Source: Cyanophora paradoxa CCMP329
Lineage: Eukaryota; Plantae; Glaucophyta
Reading direction: 5' to 3'
Length of the DNA stretch: 64,000 bases
NCBI GenBank assembly: GCA_004431415.1
Contig: QPMI01000101.1
Span: 1-64,000 of the forward strand
Below the pieces are notes generated by a model. That model did not search any database and was not told the origin of the DNA. It saw only the letters and a program-made list of their open reading frames with translations. Position 1 is the stretch's first letter. Each line of letters opens with the position of its first letter. The translations under genes were made by a program, and so were the position numbers. Positions 34,289 through 47,800 of this stretch are shown in pieces.

Positions 34289-34699
34289 GCTCCTTCGAAG
34301 ATCGTAGAACTGTCGCGCCGCGCGCGCGGCGCGTCAGGTTTACGATCTTTTCGCGAATCCATAGAGAAGGCCCAAACCTGCCTGTATGCGACTGCAGACT
34401 GCGAGCTAGCTCGTCGGAAGGCCCCAGGTGCTCAGACGAAACAAGCGCTGCTTCGACGGTCGGGGGGTACGCAGCCCGACCTGCCCTGTCTGCCGGACCC
34501 CCAGCCCGTCTCGCCGTCATCGAGCGCGCGTCCGCCAAATTCATTACCGTCCGCACTGCCGTGCCGCGCGCGAGGTAGCGTCCATTGTCTGGGCAGCCAT
34601 AGTCCGCCGAACGCTCCGCGGCTCCGCCAGGGCCCAGGAGAGGGAACCGGCGCTTCGGTCAGCTGTGATTCGTCTGCGGTCTCCGCGGCACGACGCAGG
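34289..34699. promoter_or_regulatory. Putative bidirectional promoter between the plastid-targeted gene and the TPR gene
   Basis: The two divergent predicted start codons are separated by 411 bp. Confidence 0.4.
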
Positions 34700-37189
34700 A
34701 TGGGTTCCGGGGAAGTCGCGCCTTCTGCGCCGCTGGGCCTGTCGATCTCCGTGCCGCCGCCAACCCCTCTCGGAACCAGCAGCGGGAATGCAGCATCGGG
34801 CGGCCTGACTCCGATTTCGGGGTCGAACGGAGGTCCGTGGCGGCGGGTCGGGGCGGGGCGCGCTGGCCTGATTTTCTCGAGCTCGCAGGCCTGAGTCCCA
34901 GTGTCCGATCTGCCAACAACGTGAACAAAGACCACACGCACATCGTGAATACGGCTAAGCGAGCGGTGTCAATGGGAGAGAAAACGTACGGGGCGTCGAG
35001 CCCGCGCGTGCTGACCCAGCTCATGAACGTGAGCCTGCCCCTCGCCTGCGCGCCGGCCGCCCCGCCTGACCGGCCGCCCCCCCGCAGCTCGCCACTCTAC
35101 ACGCGTTCGCCCGCCCGCCCGTCCTGCTAGCTGCCGCCGCGCCCGACGGGGCGGCGCTCGCTTGCAGGGCGCAAGGGAAGGTCGGGGAGGCAATGGAGAC
35201 TTACCAGCAGATTCTCGCGGCGCGCGTCGCGGCGCACGGGGAGACGCACGAGGACGTGGCCGAGACGCTCGCCTCGATGGCCTCTGCCCTGCACCGCGCC
35301 GGCCGCGCCGGCGAGGCGGCTGAGCACTTCGCCCGCGCCTGCGCCGTGCGCGAGCGGCTCGTCGGCGGCGAGAGCCTCGAGCTGGCCGGCTGGCTCGCCA
35401 AGCTGGGCGTGCTGTACCGAGCGGCGGGGGACCTGGAGCGCGCGTGGGAGGCGCAGGCGCGCGCCCTCGCCATCCGCGAGGCGCAGCAGCTGCCGGACGC
35501 GCACCCGGACGTGGCGGCCTCGCTCTCGCAGCTGGCGGACCTCGCGCAGGCGACCGAGGGCCGCTCGCACGAGGCGGCGCGGCTGCTGCGGCGCGTGCTG
35601 GCGGCGCGGGAGGCGGAGCTGGGGGAGGAGGACGAGGAGACGCTGCTCGCGATGAACAACCTCGCGCTCTGCCTCAAGGGCGCCGGCCAGTTCGACGAGG
35701 CCCTGGCGCTCTACGGGCGGGCGCTGGCCGTCGAGGAGCGCACGCTCGGGCCCCGCCACCCGGACCTCGCCCCGCTCCTCTGCAACACCGCCGCCCTCCA
35801 CACCGCCCGCGGCGAGCCGGCCGCCGCCGTCCCCCTCCTCCGCCGCGCCGCCGAGCTCTGGGAGGAGGCGCGCACCCCTCCCCCTCGCTTCTATCCCCAA
35901 CCTCTCCTGACCCCCGGGCAGGCGGGGGACGTTGCGAACCAGGCGGGGGGGCTACACAACCTAGCGCGGGCCCTTCGCGTGCGGCCGGACCCGGCCCGTC
36001 CCTCCCAGGGGTACGGCGCACGATGCGGCCGCGCAGGGCGGGGGTGACTTCGCGGGCGCTGAGGAGCAGTTCGGAAGGGCGCTGGCGCTGAAGCGTGAGG
36101 CGTTCGGCAGGCGCGGCGCCCCTGCCCGCGTTGCCCCCCCCCCCCCCCCCCCCGCCCCGGTTGCGATGGGGTACCGCGCAGGCGGCACGCGACGGTGGCG
36201 ACGACGCTCAACTCGCTCGGCGTCCTCGAGAAGTCCCGCGGGCACCTCGACCAGGCCGCCGCCCTCCTCAAGGCCCGTACCCCTCCCTCCCCCCCCTCCC
36301 CCGGCGCTGAACTGATTTGTGGGCACAGGAGGCGCTGGAGATCCGGGAGGCGGCGCTGGGGCGGAGCAGCCCCGAGTTCGCCGAGTCGCTGAACAACCTG
36401 TGCGCGCGCCGCGTGCCCCCCGCGCCACCGCGGCCGACGCGTGCCCCCCCTCCAGCGCGGCGTGCGAGCAGGCGCTGGGGAGGCACGCGGAGGCGCTCGC
36501 GCTCTACAGGGAGGCCCTCGCCCTGCGCGCCGCCGTGCGCCGGCCCCGCCCCGCCCCGCCGGCGCTGCTCCTCTCAGCGGGGCGGGGGCAGGCGTGCGGG
36601 GAGGACTCGCTCGAGGCGGCGACGGTGCTGAACAACTGCGGGGCCTGCTGCCGGGCCCTCGGGCGCCTCGAGGAGGCCTCCGAGGCCTATGAGCGCGCCC
36701 TCGCTGCCTGCGAAGGCCGCCCCGGCGAACCCGGCGCCCCGCCCTTCGCCGCCGTCCTCCTCTCCAACCTCTCCGAGCTGTCCGCCCCCCCGCCCCCCCG
36801 AGCCCCGCCGGCTCGCCGTTGCCGGCTGCGAGTTGACGGCCGGCGCGGGCGGCGCAGGTACGCGCGCATGGGCGACGCGGCGAGGGCGCGCGAGGCGGCC
36901 GAAGAGGCGCTGGCGCACCTGCGGCAGCTCCTCCCCGCGGGACCGCGGAGGCCGCGGGCCCGAGGAAGGGCGGGGCGGGGGCGGGCAGCAGGCAGCGGGG
37001 CGGCGGGGGGGGCGGGCGGGGGCCGCCGGCGGTGGACCTTGGGGCCCTCTACCGGCACCTCTCCCGCTCCCTCGCCGCCCTCCCCTCCGGCTCCGGCTCC
37101 GGCTCTGGCTCGAGGTAGCGGGCCGGGCCCTCCGCCCCGCCCCGCCCCGCCGCTCCCCGCCCCGCCGCGCAAGTGCAGCATCACCATAG
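34700..37189 (+). CDS. TPR-repeat protein (kinesin-light-chain/NPHP3-like TPR_12); 3' end uncertain
   Basis: Repeats of about 42 aa such as HPDVAASLSQLA, TLLAMNNLA..GQFDEALALYGRALAVEERTLGPRHPDLA, AESLNNL and ATVLNNCG. Confidence 0.85.
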
Positions 37190-37612
37190 ATCGAGTCCCT
37201 TCTCGGCCGGTCGCCCACCGGCATCGCATACTCGCATAATCCGCTTCCTTTGCAGCTTAGTCGTCGAATTTCGCAGCTCGTTCGATGTACAGGCCCTTTT
37301 CATAGAGGTGTTGAATCTAATAGCCCCTAAAATGTGACGGCGCGCAGCAAGCCTGTGCCCAGGTGCGGATCTAGAGAGCTGTGGCCTGCTGGAGCTCGTC
37401 GGACCGGAGTCCACATCGCAGGCGAGGCCCGGGGCAGGGGGTACGTAAACGTCACAATTCAGGGTTGCCGGCGCCCGGCGTCTGGTGCACGTGCACCGGG
37501 TATCAAGCCACGTTTCAAACGCGACCCTGAAGCGGCTGCATTGGCTTTGTGCACAGCTTCGGGCCCCGACCACACCAGCTCGCGGACGTACGCGGACGAG
37601 CGAAGCCGCCGG

Positions 37613-39545
37613 ATGGGGTCGCAGGCAGGGAAGGGTGCGGGCGCCGGTGTCGAGCCGGCGCACGCCCTCGCGTTCAGCCGGAGCCTGCAGGCGCTCGCAG
37701 GCAAGCTGTACGAGCACCTTAACGCGAGCGTGCGTGCGAGCCTTCGCCCTTCTGCACAGCCCTAGGCCTTCGAACGTGCGTGAACTTTGCGCAGAATGGG
37801 GCGGGGAACCTGGTCTTCTCGCCGCTGAGCGTCTCGGTGTGCCTGGCGCTGGCGCTCGAGGGCGCGCTCGGCGAGACGCGCCGCGAGATGCTCGCGGCGC
37901 TCGAGGTCCCCGAGGACGACGCCGCGCGCCGCAGCGCCGCCGCAGCCGCCGTCCGTGCGCCACAGCTGCAGCCATCGGCTGCAGACGTGAATCGGCAGCT
38001 CATGCTCAGCCCCGGGCGGCAGATGCGGTGACGGGCGCCGGCTCCGGTGCGCTCCTGGCGAGCGGGGCTTTCGCGGACAAGACGATGACGCTGCTGCCGG
38101 CCTACGCGAAGGCCATCGGCCAGTACGCCGCCGCTGTCCGCCAGGTTCGAAGCTTGGGCCAAGAAACCCTCGGCTTTGCGCTCTCGGACCAGTCCGACGC
38201 ACGCGGGGCCGCCGGGCGGTAGGTCGATTTCGCGGGGGCGCCGGGTGCGTCGCTCGCCGCTATAAACGGATTCGTCGCCGACGCGACCGGCAATCTCATC
38301 CGCGAGATTCTCAGCCAGGCCTGCCCGTCCCCTCAGCTCCAGTACCCCCCGGCCCCCCGCCCCCCTGACGCCTCCCCCGCTCCCCCGCAGGTCGGGCCCG
38401 ACACGCGCCTCGTGCTCGTCAACGCTCTGTACTTCAAGGTGGCGTCGTACCCCCGGCGCCGCTCTGACGGTCCCCTCTCGGTAACCCCCGACTCGTTAGG
38501 ACGCCTGGGTACACCCCTTCCCGAAGTCGCGGACGGCGCCGCTGCCCTTCCACACCGCCCCCGGCTCCTCGCGCGACGTCCCCACCATGCGTGTCTCCGC
38601 GTGTGCATGTACCCCCTCCTTCACAATCCCTGCAACCCCTTCTGAGCCCAGTGCTCCCAGGAGCTTCAAGTACGCCCACCTCGCCGACGCGGGCGCCGAG
38701 CTCCTCGAGCTGCCCTTCAAGTCCGCCCTGTACCCCCCTCGGACAAAGATGTCCCCCCATCGACGCGCGCGCACCGCGACCGGCAGGGGAGGGGCGTCGA
38801 TGCTGCTGCTGCTGCCGGGCGAGGGGGGCACGCTCGAGGGCGCACTGGCGTGGCTCGCCAAGGAGGGCCCCTGGCCGGCCCGCCTCTGCACCCTCGCCGA
38901 CACCGCCGCCCCCCAGCAGATCACCGTCCGTCGCCCCTCTTGCCCTTCTCACCCCCTTCCGAACCCCGGTGCCCCTGCGGCCCCGTGGCAGCTCTTCCTC
39001 CCCAAGTTCGTCGCGGAGATGCGGGCCGCCCTTCCAGAGGCTCTGAAGGCGCGAACTCCCCCCCCCCGGGCTCCCGAGTCGTCCGTTTTGTGCAGCTGAG
39101 TGCCTCTGCACGCACCAGGCGATGGGGATGCGGCGGGCGTTCGGGGAGGGGGCGGACTTTGGGGGGATGGCCCCCGAACGTGCGCGTACCCCCGCCCTCC
39201 AGCTGTACCAGCGGAAGCGAGCGGCGGGGGCAGCGCTGTTCGTGTCGGAGGTGGCGCACGCGGCGCGGTACGAGGTGGGGGAGGAGGGCGTGGAGGCGGC
39301 GGCTGCCACGGCCGTCGTCATGTCCCGCTGCGCCCTCGTCATCCCCCGCGACAAGCAGGCGCCCCCGCCCCGCCCCGCCCCCGCCCCCGCCCTCGGCTCG
39401 CCTCGAAGCGGGGCCTCGCCAGCGAGGGCCTGACCGAGCCGCGCAGGTGCACGCCGACCGGCCCTTCGCCTATGCGCTGCGGCACGCGCCAAGCCGCTCC
39501 CTGCTCTTCCTCGGCGCCCTCCGCGACCCCTCCCCGGCCAAGTAG
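37613..39545 (+). CDS. Serpin, probably intracellular and inhibitory
   Basis: NLVFSPLSVSVCLAL, INGFVADATGNLI, TRLVLVNALYFK, LLELPF, SMLLLLP, LFLPKF, hinge EEGVEAAAATAV and ADRPFAYAL..LLFLG. No signal peptide. Confidence 0.93.
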
Positions 39546-40018
39546 CTGGGAAATTAAATCGATCGCGGTTCGCGACCGGCGGGACCGGTGCCGGTTCGGT
39601 GCTAGCGCGTATATGCGTAGTGGCTCTGAACTACAAACTGAACACCAAAACAAATGAGCCGCTGCACGTAGATGAGGAGTGGAGGTGCAATCGCAAGATC
39701 TAGATCATTATCGTGACCTAGTTATTCACCTAAGATAATTCGACTGGAAAACGGAAACCAGACTCTCAAGGGAAGCTGCATATATATAATATACCCTTAA
39801 GCTTGTCCGGCGGTCCTCGATCGTCGCAAGGGATGCATTGTTCAAGATAGAACCAAACTGCGCGTGCGTACAGCTAAAAGAGTATAGACTGATATCGATT
39901 ACAAAAAGTGAGTCGCGATCATCGGATCGTGAGCCCGGAAGACATATGCATGAGCTAAAATTAATTTGCTAACACTGCAACGTTAACCGCTGGGCGTGTA
40001 CGCGGCTAGTGCTCAAGG

Positions 40019-43000
40019 TCACTTCTTCGAATTCTCGCCCTCGTCGCTGCTAGAGCCGTCCTTCTTGCCCTTGCCCTTCTTGTCGGCGCCCTTGCCGCCC
40101 TTGCCGCCCTTGCGCTTGGCGCCGTGCTTCCCTTCCTCCTCCTTGTCGTCCGACTCGTTGGCGATGGGCGCCATCCACCCGACCTGCGCTCGCGCGGCTC
40201 GCGCGCAGCCCGAGCCCGGGCCCGAGCTCGGGGAGGGGCACCTCGGAGAGGATGGCGGCCTCGGCCTGGAGGACGAGCTTGTCGACGTTGGCGCGCTTCA
40301 GCTTGTCGCCGCGGCCCAGCGCCGCCCACCAGACCAGCAGGTTGTTCAGCTCCGTGATCGCCATGTTCATCCGCATCCTGCGCCCCGCGCCGCTCGGCTC
40401 AGGGGGACAGGCCGGGGCTGCGACACACGAAGAGCGCGGCGCACAGCCTCATCTCAAGCCTGCGCAAAGAATCGAAGAAGTGAGATGATGAATGAATTCG
40501 AGTATATATTTAACTAAGAGCGAAAATTGGAGGTTCGAATTCAGCCAAATGATACACACTTTTCAAGCTCCTGGAAGGCCGTGAGGACCGACACGGCGCT
40601 GCGCAACGGCGGGCGCTGTCAGAGGGCTTTATACAGGATGCATGTATTCCGATTCGAATTCGGATTCGGGATCGGCGACGCGGCACCCGGTGGTGAGGGC
40701 GATCCAGATGCGAAAGTTGAGCGCGCCAAGCACCGCCCCGAGCCTGCGCGCGCCGCGCGTGAGGCCGGCTCAGGCGCGCGCGGCGGCTTCGGGATCGGAG
40801 TTCAAAGCCGCGCGCACCCGCCAACCAAATAGCTGACGATCTGTAGGAACTTGAGCCAGAGGCTGCGCGCGCCCCTCGGTCAACACTCGTCACACCTCGA
40901 AACGCGGCCCTCCAGACAACGAAAAACGGGCACCTGAGCTCCTTGCTTTCCTTGCGGAAGCGGCGGATCTTCGGCTGCACGCGCAGCTTGATGTACTGGT
41001 CGGGCTCCAGTTGCGCGAACCCGTTGTCCTCCGGCTGCGCTCGAGCCGTTCCCAGTCAATTCGTTACGGCTCGCTATCCAGACCGGTCGAGGGAGGGCCG
41101 GGGGAGGGGGTGAGGTGGGGGAAGAGGGGGGGGGGGGAGGGGGGGGGGAGAAGGGGAGAGGGGTGGGTGGGTGGGGGGCTGGCGCACGTGAATCCACTCC
41201 ATGGCGCGGACGTCGCTGAAGCCGGCCTTCTCCTTCGACGCCTCCGGCTCGCCCTCCTCCTGCGCCCGCCCGCGCACATCGATCCGACGTCGACGTCCGC
41301 CCGGATCCGCCGCGCGATTCAATGTTCGTGCAAATTGAATGCAGCGATATTCGGAGGATCGCATATGCAAATAGTCTGCCTAAAATTAGGAGGAAGGCTT
41401 CGAGGGGCAGACCGAGGCGAGCATCTGGAGGCGCGCGAGGCCGCGGTCGTCCGTCTCGGGGAACTGCGCCGAATCCGGCCCCCGGAGAGCATTGATACCG
41501 CATTCGAACAGGAAGGGCGCCGGGCGGGGGGGGGGAGGGGGGCCACGGCGGAGGGCGCGCACGATGATGAAGGGCTGCTTGTTGCGCTTGTCGACCCGCA
41601 CGATCTTCTTCCTGCGCGCCCCGCTCAACAACGCCTCTCGCTGAGATCTCAAACGGCAGGCTCTAGCTTTCTCGAGTCGAGTCGACGCACGCGGTGGAGT
41701 CGAGGGAAGACGAGTTGATCTCCCCCTGCATGAGCCGCGTGCTGATGCCCTTGACTGCAGCCGAAGTTTCAGAGCAGAGAGAGATGCATAGAGGCACTAG
41801 ATCGCTTAAAACAGCGCTGGCTGCGCGGGGGACCTTTCTCGGCGAGCTTGAGCGGCCCGTTCTTGTCCCGGTAGTCGAGGCCGGCCTTAGTGCGGAACTT
41901 CATCAGCTCCGCCTTGATGAACTCGGCGGAGACCGTCAGCCCCGCGAACTTAGCTGCACGTTGCGTCCAGCTAGCGTCAGCGTCTTCGAAGAGCGCGGTT
42001 TAATTTTGGTCGGGGCGCACAGGTGGCGCTGAGGCGGCTGCTGATGCTCAGCAGCGCTGTCAGCACGATGGGCCACAGCACGGAAAGCGTGCTCAGGAAC
42101 ACGTCGATTTTGTACTGCGCGCCGGCCCGCACCGCGTCACATGTCGGGCGCCGTCGGACGTTGACCGAAACTGGACGCGTGCGGACCTGCCGCCAGTCCG
42201 ATCCGTTGATGCAGTAGCCCAAGACGCCGGGGACCGCGGGGGTGGCCCCCGTACAGTTCGAGGTCTGCGAGTTCGCCATTGGTCACGCTTTGTATGATCG
42301 AGGCCACACAAATATATTTTAAAACAAGAAGAGCGAGGGACCTGGAAGAAAGCGTCGAGCACGACCTGAACAACACATGTACACAGGAAGAAACTCCTCG
42401 AGTTAGCGTAGATTTTAAGGAGCTTGAAATGCTTGAAATGCATGAGGGCGCAACGGACCGTAACAATGGAGAGAAGCCCGAAAAGTTGAATGAAGAACTG
42501 CACGCAAGTACGTAGTACGTATACGGGCGCGCTCAACGTACGAAAGCGCAGAAGCCAAACGCGTTTGAGCAAGGAATAGGCGCACGTTCAGAGCTCGCCC
42601 GATGAGCCGCTGCTTTTCGCCGCTACGGTGCCACAGCGCGTACCGAATCCAGCAGTCTGCTCACGGTCGGATCCGAAGGCGATATCGAGCAAATCAAATT
42701 GATCGCAAGACGGCTCCAGATTCATGATCTTTATATCTAGAATTATTAGAAGGCCGAACGTGGCCGCACCCGTGAGGATTATGCGCGTGTCATCTGCGTT
42801 TTGCACGGGGCTGCGCCGCGCGGCATCAGCAAGCTTAAGCGGCATCACGTGGGAATCGGGAGTGGGGGTGGGGCGTTACTTGAGGAAGCGTCGGGTGTTG
42901 ACGACGACGTCCTCGACCTTGTCCTTGTCGAGGTCGATGAAGGTCAGCTCGCCGTCCTCGACGACCTCCGCCATCACCGGCTCGTTCTGCGGAGGAGCAT

Positions 43001-44800
43001 TGACATTAATGTGGTCCTCAGGGAGGAACGTCAGCGACAGCCGAATCGATGCAAGCGTCGCACGTCGAGGGACTCGGGGTCCTCTTTCCACTTCAGGAAC
43101 TTCTTTGCAAGCTCATCCGCCAGGCCTGCGCGTCGAAGGCCAAAGTAAATTGAAGGCGCGACGGTGCCGGTCGGACGATGTCGATGTCCTGATCATGAAT
43201 TCAATAAAAGACTCGCCTCCGGTGCCTTCAATAATGAGGAGAGGGATCTGCCTCGTAATTATAATTTATAGGGCGTGAGGCTGGACCGGAAATGCGAAGC
43301 GGAAAGTGCGGTGGGACCGCTCGAGACGAAGCGATCGCACCTTCTTTCGGGCGCAGAGGACGAGCTCTTCGAGGTGGTGCGGGCGCCCGCCGATGAGCAG
43401 GACGCACGTCGGGATCTCAGCGTCGCCCCCGGCATCGTCCCCCGCCGCGCTCTCGTCGTCGGCGTCCACTGCGCCGCCGACTCCCATCTCCGCGCCCTTC
43501 TCGCCGTACGCGTTGGTGGCGGGGGCCTGCAGCGCCGCGGCGATGCGGGCGCCCTGTCCTGCCGTCTTGCGCGACACCATCCTCCAGAGCCGGCTCCAGA
43601 AGCTGACAACCGCTGCTTGCACGTGCACGTGCATGCACGTAAGCAGATTGAAGCGAATGCAAAGCAGCCAAGACGGATGGTCAGGGGCTCTCGCGCACGG
43701 GCGGAGCTGCGCTTTTTCTTGGTGGTGGGCGCGCTGTTCCGCTCGAACTCGGCGAGGAGGTCGACGCCGAGCGACTGCAGGTGCGCCTGCATCGCCTCGT
43801 GGAGGCCCTCGACCATTGCCATCTTCGCCTGCTTCTGCTCGCGCCGCGCGTCAGCAGGCCAGGAACGACCGCAAATTAAAGCATATTCCACAATCGATAT
43901 CTAGATATTGATATCACAACTCCGACGTGGAATGCTCAATGCATATGGGACCGTCGGAGGAAGCGGCGCACGCTGCGCTCGTCTTCGAGGGTGTCGCTCT
44001 TGATCCAGACGCCGACGGTCGTGTTCGGCTCCAGGGGTTCCGGCGCGTTCGGCGGCAGCTCGTCCTCCTCGTCGATCACCTTCGGGAACGTGATTCCCGG
44101 CGCCCTGTAGTCGACGCTAAAATTCAGCAAAGCAAATCGACATCAAAGCTCAACGAGGACGGGTCGCACAGCAGGCTCTGTCTGTCGACCCACGTGTCCT
44201 TCCGAGATTCATTCCATGCGTTGAATCCGAACTGCGAGCGATCGCAATTCGCGAGGGACACGGCGGGTTTAGGAAGGGAGGTCGCGTACCAAGAAAGCCC
44301 TGTTTGCAGCAGCAACAACATATCAAAGCAATTCTGTCAGAAGAAACCACGCGGCAAATGGCCACATGGGTCTGTCAATATGATGCTTCGGCGGACCTGC
44401 GCTTTGCCTTCGATTCGCGGTCCTTGTACTCTTGCTGAGGATCCGAAGACAGAGAAAGATGGCACGTTCAGCCAACGAGTGGAGGAAGATAACAGGATCG
44501 GTGGCGATGGCGGGCGCATCGCACCGACTGGACGCAGCTGCCGAGGACGGACCCGACGAAGGTCGATGTGTTCTGGTGCACCACCACGGCCGCCTTCTCG
44601 GCCTGCATGCGGTCTGACGCTTAGAACGGACGCTTGGAGGGGCGGGCCGGCGCGGGCGCGCACGGCGACGCGCATGACGCCGCGCGAGACGAGCTGCTTC
44701 ACCTTCCGCTTCCGCTCCTCCAGCGCCCCCTGACGCTTCTTCTCCTTCTCCTTCTCCGCAGCCGCCGCCGCATCGCCCCCGTCAACTGCGAGGCGCCAGG
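40019..44800 (-). CDS. SLOG (LSDAT-type) domain followed by two SLATT/DUF4231 2-TM domains
   Basis: SLOG part: LVSRGVMRVAV..AVVVHQNT, PLEPNTT..DE, CVLLIGG..EELV..|IPLLIIEGTG|GLADELA, EPVMAEVVEDG. SLATT-1: FFIQLFGLLSIV, LWPIVLTALLSISSRL, SAEFIKAELMKFRTKAG. SLATT-2: DDRGLARL|..PDQYIKLRV, LGALNFRIWIALTTG, NMAITELNNLLVWWAAL..KLVLQAEAAILSE. Ends GENSKK*. Confidence 0.75.
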
Positions 44801-47800
44801 AAGTCATTGCGAAGCAACCCAACCGCCGGATTCGATCGTAATTATGTAAACGCGGGCGGAATTCTTACGGTCGCCGTTGGCTTCGGCCTGGACGCCGGAC
44901 CCGGCGCCGTTCGCCTCGCCTTCGCCGGAGGGGGAGGCGCGGAAGGACTTGCGCGGGGCGCGCATCGACCTGTTTCCCGCGCTGTCCTCCGCGGCCGCGT
45001 GCACCGGCGCCGCGCGCTTCAGGCCTAGGGGCTTCCCCTCGTATTCCGCCTTCAGGATTGGGTAGTCCTCGAGCTGACCGCGAGGAGAGCTCAGCGCGAC
45101 AGCGTCGGTGCAGCATCGACGGAGTCTCGAACGGGAAAGACGCGAGGATAACTCAGCGCGAGGATCATTGCTAGTCGATCGCGAGGATATCACAGCGCGA
45201 TATCGATATCATTGTCTGAAGGTCGATTTTGATGATTGCTTAATCTTAATCCTAAAAAGCGATAGTGAATGCACGACGCACAACGACTATGACGCTGCGG
45301 CGGAGTGCAAAGGGCTTTCCCTGCTGCAGTGCGTCGCGGTTGACCTGCCCCGCGCGCGCGATTAAATCAGTCTGACGGTCACCATTGAAAGAAATTTCAC
45401 AAACTCCCTACTAGGCTATACGACTTCGAACTCGAACATATTCAATTCGAAGCTTAAAGAAATTAGGCGTCTGGTAAAGATCTAGAGCGAGGCCGGTTGC
45501 GCGCGTCCGACGGTCATGATTGCCTCGAGCTCTGACCTGCTTCTCGACTGCGTCGCGGGCCACGTCCGACGCGTGGTCGCACGTCGTCTGCGCGAACACA
45601 GATCAATTCTCATTCTCCAAAAACTTAAAGATCAATCAGAGCAAGCGCGAAGCCAGATCTAGAAGCTTGAGAAGCATCATATATGCGTGGCATGAATCAA
45701 GAAATTAAAACGGATTGAAGAGTTTAAGCAGTGCACGTGTGTATAGCGAAGTAACCCAATGAAAAGTCGCTCACAATGTAGAAGTAACCCTGGTTTTGTG
45801 TGGATGGGAAGTATAGCTGTGGAAGGAAAGGATCTGGATTAGGGGAGAGATTCGGGAGTTCGCTCGGCGCCGGCGCGCGCGCGCGTGCGCGCCTCGAGGT
45901 CGCCGGTGTGTGCGCCGAACTCGGACTGCGGGCTCGCCCCGAACTCGTTCACCGCCACGACCGTGTAGCGGTACGTCTCTGCCCTCCGGCGTGAGCCAAC
46001 TCGCGCGTATCGGAGATCGAGAGCCACGCGATGCCATGATGATGCCTCGCTCGAGCTCGCGCGCGTCCGCGCACCTCCAGGAAGGACGGACGACACGGTC
46101 AAGTCCTCGAGCTCCGTCTGTCCATGGCCAAGGGCCCCGGCGTCGCGCGCGCTGCAGGCCGGCATTCGGAGCGGGGCGCGCACCGGAAGCACGGGGCGCG
46201 GCTCGTTCGCGTTGATGTCGAGGGGGAAGGGGAGGACGTAGTTCCGCCCCGACGCCTCCTTCTTCGCGCTGATCTTGTACCGCCCGTCCTGCGAGTTTCG
46301 AAATGAAGCGGCGCGCAAACGGAAGAATGACAGGCAAATGCAGTGATCATGACGTGCCTGCGCGATTTCCCTCACGTACAGCGTCCGAATGCCTGTGCCG
46401 GCGTCGCCGCCGTCCGCTTGAGAGAGGGATGCAGGGGCGGCCACCCCCCCACCGAGCGGGGGCAAGCCGAGGTTGGACTTGACGGCGGCAGCGCTCGATC
46501 CAGCCGGACCGGGGAGGGAGGCCGCCGACTTCGCTGCCTCCGCCGGCGGGTGCAGATACAGTGTGATGGAGTAACTGTACCCGGATGAATAATATGTGAG
46601 AAGCTTAAGCGTGCGCGTGCGGGTCGCCGCGCACCCGATGAATGAGGATGGATCGTCCGGAGACGACTCTAGCGAAATCTCGCCAATCTGCTCATTCATC
46701 AGTTCGACCTTCGACCTCTAGCTCATATGGGCGATTCGATTCGATTTATGTAATTAGCGCGCCTTGACCATGTCGGTGATGGACGCCTGGTCGCGGCTGC
46801 GAAGGACGATGTACTTGGAGATGGTGGAGCCGCCCGTGGACCGCGGCTCCTCCCAGTCCTGAGCGAGAGAGAGCGCGAGATCGAGGTCAGCTTTCGCTTG
46901 CTGTCGGCTCGCTCTGTTCGCAGGGGCGAGCCGCATGCGCAGCTGCACATGCCGCCGGCGCTCATCATGATCACCCGTGCACGTGGCGGCCCTCGCAGGC
47001 GGCAGCGCCTAGGGGCCTTGGAAAAAGCAGATTGGATTTTGCAACTTCGAGGCCGGGCGCGAACCACGTGAACGTAGACGTTCGAGGGCTGGAAGTCGCC
47101 GAAGTCGCCCCCGCGCGCGAGGTTCGCGTTGGGCGTGACGGGCGTGCCTGCGCATTCATGAGCCCCCCGGCCGGCCGCGGTAGCTGCCGGTCAGCTACGC
47201 TTGCACGTAGACCAAGCACGGAGATTAATGAAATTGAAGGTGGGAAAAAGCGCACAGTTGCACGAGGGCGGGGCGGTGGGCGGCCCGCTCCCAGTCCAGA
47301 ATGTTTGCGTCGGGCTGATCATTGCCATGAATTAGAATTAAAAAGATGGCGTTTAGCATATTGCGAGTCGATGATCATGATTCTTTAAAGCAATGAACTG
47401 AAAGCTGTGCAACAGATTTTGAATTCGACGATGAAATACGCACCTGTATTCAACTAGGCCCTTGCCGCTCTCGGCTGCAGATTAAAATCTTGGTCAGCAC
47501 ACAGCATGGGAACCCGCAGATTTGTTTGGACGCGGGAAGGAAAATCAAATGCTACCCCTGAGTCTGATAAGGAACTGCGATTGTAAAACTTCAGTTGACG
47601 ATTTCGATCATCGAATATCTGGAAAGATAACAGAGAAGAGTGCTTGCCTGCTTCCCCGGGGGCAGGCCGTACATCGTGTGGCGCGTCCCGTGCCCGACCG
47701 GCACCTCCCGCCACTTCTCCCCTGCAAGTTGGTCCGCTCGCGCGGCGTCGGATCGCAGCGGAGCGCCGGGACGCACCGCCGTCGATATCTTGCCACTCGA

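Noticed and set aside
19983-39545. Subtilase-serpin cognate gene cluster
   Set aside because: They are 11 kb apart with unrelated genes between them, and the protease looks secreted or membrane-bound while the serpin lacks a signal peptide.
40019-44800. Bacterial contamination or an operon explaining the SLOG-SLATT region
   Set aside because: The coding sequence is broken by many spliceosomal-type introns and is flanked by eukaryotic genes.
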